Of a DNA stretch of 32,000 nucleotides, positions 23,791 through 30,252 are shown piece after piece (positions within the stretch are counted from its first letter, which is position 1; every line of letters starts with the position of its first letter). Below the pieces are notes generated by a model. It worked only from the letters and a program-made list of their open reading frames with translations, searched no databases and was not told the DNA's origin. The stretch lies in the NCBI RefSeq assembly GCF_000009965.1, contig NC_006624.1, positions 630,001-662,000 on the forward strand, in the 5' to 3' direction. This stretch comes from Thermococcus kodakarensis KOD1. GTDB lineage: Archaea > Methanobacteriota_B > Thermococci > Thermococcales > Thermococcaceae. A program made the translations under genes and the position numbers.

Positions 23791-25086
23791 GTGATCGATA
23801 AGGTTTACTGTGCCGATGTCACGCCCGAAATGGAAGGGAAGAAGGTTAAGCTCGCTGGATGGGTCTACAGAAAGAGGGAAGTCGGAAAGAAAGTCTTTAT
23901 AGTCCTCCGCGACTCAAGCGGAATTGTCCAGGTCGTCTTTTCAAAGGATCTGAACGAGGAAGCTTATAGAGAGGCCAAGAAAGTCGGAATTGAATCGAGC
24001 GTTATCATCGAGGGAACGGTTAAGGCCGATCCCCGCGCGCCGACCGGTGCCGAAGTTCAGGGAGAGAAGCTCCAGATAATCCAGAACGTTGACTTCTTCC
24101 CGATAACCAAGGATGCGAGCGACGAGTTCCTCCTCGACGTCAGGCACCTCCACCTGCGCTCTCCAAAGGTTGCCGCGATAATGAAGGTCAAGGGCACGCT
24201 CATGCAGGCGGCAAGAGAATGGCTCCTCCAGGACGGCTGGTACGAGGTCTTCCCGCCGATCCTCGTCACCGGAGCAGTTGAGGGCGGAGCGACGCTCTTC
24301 AAGCTCAAGTACTTCGACAGGTACGCCTACCTCAGCCAGTCGGCCCAGCTCTACCTTGAGGCGGCAATCTTCGGCCTTGAGAAGGTCTGGTCGCTTACAC
24401 CGAGCTTCAGGGCCGAGAAGAGCAGGACGAGGAGACACCTCACCGAGTTCTGGCACCTCGAGCTTGAGGCTGCGTGGATGGACCTCTGGGACATCATGAA
24501 GGTCGAGGAAGAGCTTGTGAGCTACATGGTTCAGAGGACGCTTGAGCTGAGGAAGAAGGAGATCGAGCTCTACCGCAAGGACGATATCAAGACCCTCAAG
24601 AACGCGGTTCCACCCTTCCCGAGGATAAGCTACGACGAGGCCATAGACATTCTCCAGAGCAAGGGCGTGAACATCGAGTGGGGCGAGGACATGGGTGCCG
24701 ACGAGGAGAGGGTATTAACTGAGGAGTTCGAGAGCCCGTTCTTCGTCTACGGCTATCCGAAGCACATCAAGGCCTTCTACATGAAGGAAGACCCAGAGGA
24801 TCCGAGGAAGGTTCTTGCCGCTGATATGCTCGCCCCAGAGGGGTACGGCGAGATAATCGGCGGCTCCCAGCGTGAGGACGACTACGACAAGCTCGTGCAG
24901 AGAATCCTTGAAGAGGGCATGAAGCCTGAGGACTACGAGTGGTACCTCGACCTCAGGAAATATGGCAGCGTTCCGCACAGCGGCTTCGGCCTCGGCCTTG
25001 AGAGGCTCGTCGCATGGGTTCTCAAGCTCGACCACGTCCGCTGGGCAACGCTCTTCCCGAGGACGCCGAGCAGGCTTTATCCGTGA
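23791..25086 (+). CDS. asnS: Asparaginyl-tRNA synthetase
   Basis: 431 aa; GTG start with GGAGGTGG 6 nt upstream. It has an N-terminal OB fold (VKLAGWVYRKREVGKKVFIVLRDSSG), class II motif 2 FRAEKSRTRRHLTEFWHLE and motif 3 GFGLGLERL. It is near-colinear with Pyrococcus AsnRS as I remember it. Confidence 0.93.
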   Translation: MIDKVYCADVTPEMEGKKVKLAGWVYRKREVGKKVFIVLRDSSGIVQVVFSKDLNEEAYREAKKVGIESSVIIEGTVKADPRAPTGAEVQGEKLQIIQNVDFFPITKDASDEFLLDVRHLHLRSPKVAAIMKVKGTLMQAAREWLLQDGWYEVFPPILVTGAVEGGATLFKLKYFDRYAYLSQSAQLYLEAAIFGLEKVWSLTPSFRAEKSRTRRHLTEFWHLELEAAWMDLWDIMKVEEELVSYMVQRTLELRKKEIELYRKDDIKTLKNAVPPFPRISYDEAIDILQSKGVNIEWGEDMGADEERVLTEEFESPFFVYGYPKHIKAFYMKEDPEDPRKVLAADMLAPEGYGEIIGGSQREDDYDKLVQRILEEGMKPEDYEWYLDLRKYGSVPHSGFGLGLERLVAWVLKLDHVRWATLFPRTPSRLYP

Positions 25087-25477
25087 CGCTTGTGCAAGGG
25101 ATGAGTGGAATTCGCGGTGCTCTTCATAATTTTCATTTTAGTGCTTTGTTTTGAGATCAGCAAGGCTTTTTGAAAAAAAGCTTGACCAAAAGTTTGAATG
25201 TCTTCGAGTTCGAGATTGACCTAATAATGGGGAGTTCTCCGGTAAATTAGCGAAGAAATAGGGGTTTTGTTTTTAACGCCCTTGGACGTTATACCGTGAG
25301 CAAACCCTTTGAAAAATTGCAAATTAAGCCGAGAATCTAAAAATGAAGCGAGAATTGTGAAGACATTGGCTTTTTTCAAAGCGGACAAGACATACCAGTC
25401 GAAAACATTCTGCCAGCGCTTGTGGGAGGATGTTGGGGGGCGTTAGCCCCCCGGAGAACTAGGAAAGAAGGAAGGTG

Positions 25478-25501
25478 GGGAAACGTAGTTTCCCGGTTTT
25501 T
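25478..25501 (+). terminator. Hairpin followed by T5 (possible 3' end of a + strand transcript inside the long spacer)
   Basis: GGGAAAC-GTA-GTTTCCC (25478-25494), then GG and TTTTT (25497-25501). Confidence 0.3.
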
Positions 25502-25828
25502 GGAGAACGGAGGTTTGAGAGTACAGGAAACTTTGCAGGGTAAAGTTTCATCAAAGTTTGTGGTTCTTGTCTGTGAGCTATTGGAAAGGATTTTTCACTA
25601 GAAAATGGCTTATTGGTTGTGAATTCCGCTTTTATTGGCCTTATTTTTCGTGAGTTTTTCTTTTTAATCGACGCCACAAGGGCGTCAAGGTGAGAGAAAC
25701 TCTTTCTTAGTAGGCCAAATTTTGGAATTCGTGCCTTTTTAGCCTGAGTATCACAAAATCATTGTAGAATAGCAATTTTAGAAGGAACCACGAACCTTGA
25801 TCAAACTTCGCGCAGGCGAAGTTTGTAC

Positions 25829-25905
25829 TGGTGGGCCCGCGGGGATTCGAACCCCGGACCTCCACCTTGTAAGGGTGGCGTCATAACCATCTAGACCACG
25901 GGCCC
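25829..25905 (-). tRNA. tRNA-Val (anticodon UAC), CCA encoded
   Basis: The minus strand reads GGGCCCG TG GTCTAGATGGTTATGAC G CCACC CTTACAA GGTGG AGGTC CGGGG TTCGAAT CCCCG CGGGCCC A CCA. It has a 7-bp acceptor stem, a 5-bp anticodon stem with loop CU-UAC-AA, a GTTCGAAT T-loop, and is 77 nt long. Confidence 0.93.
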
Positions 25906-25930
25906 GCCCGGAATAGGAAAAAGGAGAGGG

Positions 25931-25940
25931 TTTATAATTT
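25931..25940 (-). promoter_or_regulatory. TATA box for tRNA-Val (AAATTATAAA on the minus strand)
   Basis: It is centred ~30 nt upstream of the tRNA 5' end (25905) and immediately downstream of the tgtA stop (25946-25944). Confidence 0.5.
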
Positions 25941-25943
25941 TTT

Positions 25944-27686
25944 CTACTTCTCGACTCCCCTCCTAACTTTCACGGCCAGTCCCTGCTGGAATATCTTCAG
26001 CTCCTCGCCGTTGAGGAGGGTCTGCCCAGTCGCGAGGAGCTCATCGTTCCTGTTAACAACAAGAACCTCGTCGTAGGGCCTTATGTTCAGGTCTGCATCA
26101 ACCACGAACTTCGCGAAGACGTTCTTCCCCCTCCTTGCGAACGGTTCTGCATCCTCGTCAACTACAACACGCATCCTCGGGAACGGCAGGACTTCGTGGA
26201 GTCTCTTCGCCCCTTCAATTCCAAGTGTCAGCAGGCCGTCCTCGGCTCTGAAGGTAGCGAGGTGCTTGCCCTTGGCCTTTATCTGCCTCGGCATCCCGGT
26301 CTTCCTTGAGAGCTCGACAAAGGCGTCCTTGAAAGCCTCGCCGGCTCCCTCGCCGAACTGGTACTCTGCAACCGCCATAACGTACTTCCTGGCTTCTCCC
26401 TTCTCGGGCTTCTCAACTGTGAAGTCTTCTTCTCCTTCACTCTGGGCGAACGGATAGCTGAGTGAGAGGTACTTAGGTATCTCACCGAAGATCGGGTGGC
26501 TGATGGTTTCAGGAAACTTTGATCTAACGCGCTCCGCCCTCTCCCTGGCGCGCTCAACGATTGGCCACCTTAGAGCCTCCTCGCTCACTTTGAAGAAGGC
26601 GCTCGCCTTTGTTACCGGCTCGTTCTTCTCAAGGTATTCTCTGTACTCGAGAAGTCTCTTGTAAGCCGCGTAGAGCTTGGGATGGGAGCGGGCCCTCTCA
26701 TCCACGAGGCGCCACAGCTCGCCCTCTTTTATAGCTTGCTTAACCCTGTTGAGTTCCTCCCTTATGACCCAGAGGTTGTGAATAGCCAGAAGCCTCGTCC
26801 TCTCCTCTTTCGGCATCTCGCGGAGCTCCTGCGGCGTATAGCGGGAGCACACGGGACAGGAGCACGGGAAGTACTCAAGCTCTTCAAGCCTCTTTGTTCC
26901 CTCGGGTGTCATGTAGCGGTCGTCCTTGGCGTAGAGGGCATAGCTGGCCGAATCAAAGAGGTCTATACCCATGGCAACCGCCAGCGCGAAAATCATAGGA
27001 TGCCCTGCGCCGAAGAGATGAACCGGCCTGTCTGGTCTGAGGCCCACCTTCGAAGCTATAACGACATCCACCAGATCCCTGTAGCGGTAGCTCTCCATCA
27101 GCGGAACAACCGCGCCAATCGGGTGTATCTCAAAGTTCATCCTGCTGAGCTCTCTCGCGGCGTATGTCCTGAGATCAGGGTACGTTGAGCCCTGCACGGC
27201 GGCGTTCATCGCTATCTCCTTGATTTCCTCGGCTTCTTTCGCCCTCTCCAGCGTTATCCTCAGGTCTTCCTCGGCTTTCTCCCTCGGCGCGTCCGGTGGC
27301 GTCGGAATGTCAAGGAAAGTCCCTATGTCAACGCCTATTTCATGCTGAAACTCGACGATCTCCCTGTTGGTTACCTCGACGCCGCCGTAGCGCATGAGCT
27401 GGAATGAGCCCGAGTCAACCTCGATTATCCCGTCGTAGTCGAGAAGTTTGTGAATCCCCACTTCAAGCGCCTTCTCCCTAAGCTCTGGAGTCTTGTATAT
27501 TATATAGGAGTTCGTGATTATCATCCCAAAGCCCATCTCCTTGAGCTCCTTCGGCGTTACGATAAGCTGTTTTGGATTGATGACGGGCATTATTGCGGGG
27601 GTTTCTACGGTTTTCCCGTTGACTGTGAGCTTTCCGATCCTGCCGGAAGCGTCGCGCGCCTTGACCTCAAACCTGAAATCGACCAT
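25944..27686 (-). CDS. tgtA: Archaeosine tRNA-guanine transglycosylase (ArcTGT) with C-terminal PUA region
   Basis: Track ORF 25944..27695 begins at GTG; I prefer ATG 27686 (AGGTGAG 4 nt upstream). MVDFRFEVKARDASGRIGKLTVNGKTVETPAIMPVINP... matches the family N-terminus. The zinc site is FPCSCPVCS...H. The ~580-aa length is typical of archaeal TgtA. Confidence 0.93.
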   Translation of the reverse strand: MVDFRFEVKARDASGRIGKLTVNGKTVETPAIMPVINPKQLIVTPKELKEMGFGMIITNSYIIYKTPELREKALEVGIHKLLDYDGIIEVDSGSFQLMRYGGVEVTNREIVEFQHEIGVDIGTFLDIPTPPDAPREKAEEDLRITLERAKEAEEIKEIAMNAAVQGSTYPDLRTYAARELSRMNFEIHPIGAVVPLMESYRYRDLVDVVIASKVGLRPDRPVHLFGAGHPMIFALAVAMGIDLFDSASYALYAKDDRYMTPEGTKRLEELEYFPCSCPVCSRYTPQELREMPKEERTRLLAIHNLWVIREELNRVKQAIKEGELWRLVDERARSHPKLYAAYKRLLEYREYLEKNEPVTKASAFFKVSEEALRWPIVERARERAERVRSKFPETISHPIFGEIPKYLSLSYPFAQSEGEEDFTVEKPEKGEARKYVMAVAEYQFGEGAGEAFKDAFVELSRKTGMPRQIKAKGKHLATFRAEDGLLTLGIEGAKRLHEVLPFPRMRVVVDEDAEPFARRGKNVFAKFVVDADLNIRPYDEVLVVNRNDELLATGQTLLNGEELKIFQQGLAVKVRRGVEK

Positions 27687-27728
27687 TTTTCTCACCTACC
27701 TTGAATTGGAAGGGGCCTTTAAAAAGGT

Positions 27729-28649
27729 TCAAATGGAGGAGAACATGCTAACGAGGATAAAAGCGAGAACACCGGAAGCCGTTGGAGCAGTGACCCAGCC
27801 GCGCAGAATGCCTTTCAGGGCCTTTTTGTTGGGCCTCTCGCCCTTATACAGGCTCACGCCCGATATTGCACCGACGATGGCCTGACCTGAGCTGACCGGG
27901 ATTCCGAAAAGGTTGGCCAGGGTAACGGCCAGGGCCGCGCCCATCTGGGCCGAAAACCCGGAAGTCGGGCCGAGAGGGGCCAGGTCCCTTCCCACCGTCA
28001 TCATGACCTCGTAGCTGAACGTCAGCGCTCCAACTCCGAGGGCAACTGCGAGGAGGCCCTTAACCCCAGCTCCTCCATCTGCCAGTCCTATCACGTTGGC
28101 TAGCTCGTTTGCTCCTAGGTTGAAGGAGGCGTAGGCCGAGGCGGTGAAGGCGAGCCACTTCTGCGTCAGCTCAAGGATTTTAATGTGCTTTATCCTGTTG
28201 AGGAGGTGCTTGTACGGGATGTACGTCCCCACGGCCAGAACTCCAGCCAGGGCAGGAGACACAACCCAGGTGAGAACGATCTTTCCGATAACTGGCCAGT
28301 TCACGGGAAGGCCCTCCGCGAGGGAAGCCCCAATGAGGGCACCTATTATAGCCTGTGTGGTGGATATTGGGTTTCCCCAGAGGCTGGCCAATGTTACAGT
28401 GATAGCGGAGCTGAAGAGGACTAGTCCAATGGTTACTGGTTCCATGCCCCTGGCTAGCCCGCTCACCGTGTTGGATACACCCGAACCGCCGAGAAAAGCC
28501 CCTAGAAACACGAAGACTCCAATGAGGAGTACGGCCCTCTTAAAGCCGAGTATTCCAGAGCCCACGGCGGTTCCAACGGCCTTTGCACTGTCGTTCGCTC
28601 CTATTGCCCACGCCATGAAGACCGCTGTCGCTATCAGCATCATAGGCAT
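27729..28649 (-). CDS. Inorganic phosphate transporter, PiT family
   Basis: 306 aa, polytopic. The duplicated PiT signature appears as AIGANDSAKAVGT (N-terminal half) and NLGANELANVIG (C-terminal half). Confidence 0.88.
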   Translation of the reverse strand: MPMMLIATAVFMAWAIGANDSAKAVGTAVGSGILGFKRAVLLIGVFVFLGAFLGGSGVSNTVSGLARGMEPVTIGLVLFSSAITVTLASLWGNPISTTQAIIGALIGASLAEGLPVNWPVIGKIVLTWVVSPALAGVLAVGTYIPYKHLLNRIKHIKILELTQKWLAFTASAYASFNLGANELANVIGLADGGAGVKGLLAVALGVGALTFSYEVMMTVGRDLAPLGPTSGFSAQMGAALAVTLANLFGIPVSSGQAIVGAISGVSLYKGERPNKKALKGILRGWVTAPTASGVLAFILVSMFSSI

Positions 28650-28779
28650 CCCTATAGTCTATTGTGTCTATATAGTTTATGTAGCACAGAGGAGTGCATT
28701 GTATTTAAAAATCTTTCTGATAAGCTCTGAAAATCAGCATTCTGCAGTGTGTCTTCAGGTTAATTACCGGTAGCTTGGG

Positions 28780-29832
28780 CTACAGCTTTCCAAGCACCCA
28801 TTTGGAGTATCCGTAGAGGTGCAATATCAGGTAGAAAACCGCCCAGAACCAGAGAACGGCGGGGAATATTAATGAGGTTGTAATACCCCCACCCTCGACG
28901 AGAACGGGTATGAGCATTGTAAGTGTCTCAAAGGCCCACCAGAGCCCAAAAGCCCACCAGTAACCAAAAACCAACAGGAGAACAGGAACTACAATATCGA
29001 GGATTGCTATAAAGTCACCCAGCAGCAGGAACCCCCATTCTTTCGTGAGGCCACCCCCAAGGTTCCTGAGGTCACCAAGGAACCACCTCTTCCTCTGGCG
29101 CCAGAGTGTTCTGATGTCCTTGGGCATCTCCGTCCACACCCGAGCTTTTGGCGCGTAGACGACCCTTCCGAGTTTCTTTATGGCCTTTGTCGTCGCGTAG
29201 TCTTCAACCGGGTCTTCCACGAAGCCGCCGATCCTCTCAAGAGCCCCCTTTCTGAACGCCGATATCGGTCCAGGAGCGACGCTCAGGTCTTCAAGCTCCT
29301 TTGCCCTCCTGAAGGTCGCTATCCTCAGGTGCTCAACGTCCTGCGCTCTCTCAAGAAACGAGTTCCCGAGAACCCTCACCTGGCCACCAACTCCAAGAAC
29401 GTCTTCCGAGTAAAACCTCCTGACAAGCTCTTTGACGGCGCTTTTCTCAAGCGCGCTGTCCGCGTCGGTGGTGACTATTATTTCTCCCCTCGCTTTGGAC
29501 AGTCCAAAGTTCAGGGCCTTTGACTTCCCGCCGTGGGCAATCCTGAAAACTTTAAGTCTGGGGTCTCTGATTGATGAAGCCACATCGTACGTGTTATCTT
29601 CGCTCCCGTCGTCCACGAATATGACCTCGAAATCTGGATAGTCCTGTGCGAGAGCGGCCTCTATTGCCCTTCTACACCGTTCCCCTTCGTTGTAGGCGGG
29701 AATTATTATGGAGACCCTAGGAGTCCGGTCTGTAGTTACATAATTCCTGAAAAGGCTAATTATGTAATTAATGAAGAAGTAGCCGTCCCAGAGGAAAACG
29801 ATGACCAGCGCCGTTAGGAGGAGGGTGTGCAT
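28780..29832 (-). CDS. Family-2 glycosyltransferase of the processive (membrane-embedded synthase) type
   Basis: 350 aa with an N-terminal TM. GT-A motifs are VSIIIPAYNEG, FVDDGSEDNT and TTDADS. The QxxRW motif appears as RQRKRW, followed by ~4 C-terminal TM segments. This is the NodC/IcaA/chitin-cellulose-synthase-like layout. Confidence 0.85.
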   Translation of the reverse strand: MHTLLLTALVIVFLWDGYFFINYIISLFRNYVTTDRTPRVSIIIPAYNEGERCRRAIEAALAQDYPDFEVIFVDDGSEDNTYDVASSIRDPRLKVFRIAHGGKSKALNFGLSKARGEIIVTTDADSALEKSAVKELVRRFYSEDVLGVGGQVRVLGNSFLERAQDVEHLRIATFRRAKELEDLSVAPGPISAFRKGALERIGGFVEDPVEDYATTKAIKKLGRVVYAPKARVWTEMPKDIRTLWRQRKRWFLGDLRNLGGGLTKEWGFLLLGDFIAILDIVVPVLLLVFGYWWAFGLWWAFETLTMLIPVLVEGGGITTSLIFPAVLWFWAVFYLILHLYGYSKWVLGKL

Positions 29833-29856
29833 GTATGAGAGTTAAAATAAGGTCTT

Positions 29857-30162
29857 TTAATCGTTACTTAAGCTAAGCACCGGCTTTCTTCCCAGCTTGT
29901 ATTTCACGACGTAGCGGCCGTGTTCAAAGTCATCTTCTACTGCCCCAAGAACCTCAACCGGTTCAAGCTCAAGGCCGAACTCCATGGCTTCCCATTTTAT
30001 GTCGTCAAAATAGTCGTAAAGCCCACAGGTGGCGCAGAAGGAGCCCTCGAACTCTATTATCACTTCGTCTCCTTCAATCGAGAGAATCCTCGCGTTTGCC
30101 TCGCTCCCGTGAAGCCTGTTGAACTCGGCGAGGACTTTCTCTATCTTCTCCCTCACGTCCAT
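29857..30162 (-). CDS. Small CxxC protein, possibly an Nfu/NifU-C-terminal-like domain
   Basis: 101 aa; GGTGAG SD 3 nt upstream of ATG 30162. The stretch IEKVLAEFNRLHGSEANARILSIEGDEVIIEFEGSFCATCG resembles the Nfu pattern (...HGG...L..v.g..v.v.l.GaCxxC). It lies 24 nt upstream of the GT2 gene on the same strand. Confidence 0.45.
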   Translation of the reverse strand: MDVREKIEKVLAEFNRLHGSEANARILSIEGDEVIIEFEGSFCATCGLYDYFDDIKWEAMEFGLELEPVEVLGAVEDDFEHGRYVVKYKLGRKPVLSLSND

Positions 30163-30221
30163 CTTCTCACCATGTCTGGTTTTGATTCATCACTTAAAAA
30201 GTTTGTTAGACTAACCGAATA

Positions 30222-30230
30222 GTTTAAAAA
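30222..30230 (+). promoter_or_regulatory. TATA box (GTTTAAAAA) for the helicase gene
   Basis: It is centred ~27 nt upstream of ATG 30253, implying a leaderless or very short-leader mRNA. A second A/T box (CTTTTTAAG on the minus strand, 30192-30200) faces the divergent small gene. Confidence 0.4.
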
Positions 30231-30252
30231 TCTAAGTCCGAGATGGAGAACG

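Noticed and set aside
25101-25154. Mini-ORF MSGIRGALHNFHFSALF shares MSGIR with the start of the Lhr helicase
   Set aside because: The match is five residues only, DNA identity is patchy, and there is no SD. It is probably coincidence.
25232-25460. 10-nt inverted repeat AGTTCTCCGG / CCGGAGAACT, 210 nt apart, as a possible long-range helix
   Set aside because: By my rough estimate, the expected number of chance 10-mer inverted matches in 740 bp is of order 0.2-0.3. The match does not extend on either side.
25548-25553. UGAUGA (C-box-like) on the minus strand, suggesting a C/D-box sRNA
   Set aside because: No CUGA D box lies within ~70 nt downstream on that strand, and no C'/D' pair is present. 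I found no clean C/D arrangement elsewhere in the spacer on either strand.
25577-25638. Three (C)TTATTGG-like words reminiscent of the reverse complement of the Thermococcales CRISPR repeat end (GTTCCAATAAG...)
   Set aside because: Only ~8 nt match, the spacing is ~20-30 nt rather than a ~65-70 nt repeat-spacer period, and no full repeat is present. This is not a CRISPR array or a recognisable remnant.
25459-25677. 72-aa minus-strand ORF in the long spacer
   Set aside because: It has a GTG start, no SD, K/R/S/F/P-rich composition, and is cut across by several hairpins. It is more likely non-coding.
25670-25695. GACGCCAC...CAAGGTGAGAG resembles the anticodon-arm region of the adjacent tRNA-Val (GACGCCACCCTTACAAGGTGGAGG) in inverted orientation
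   Set aside because: It consists of two short matches (8 and ~9 nt) with an indel and no further tRNA-like structure. I treat it as coincidence unless an att search of the whole genome says otherwise.
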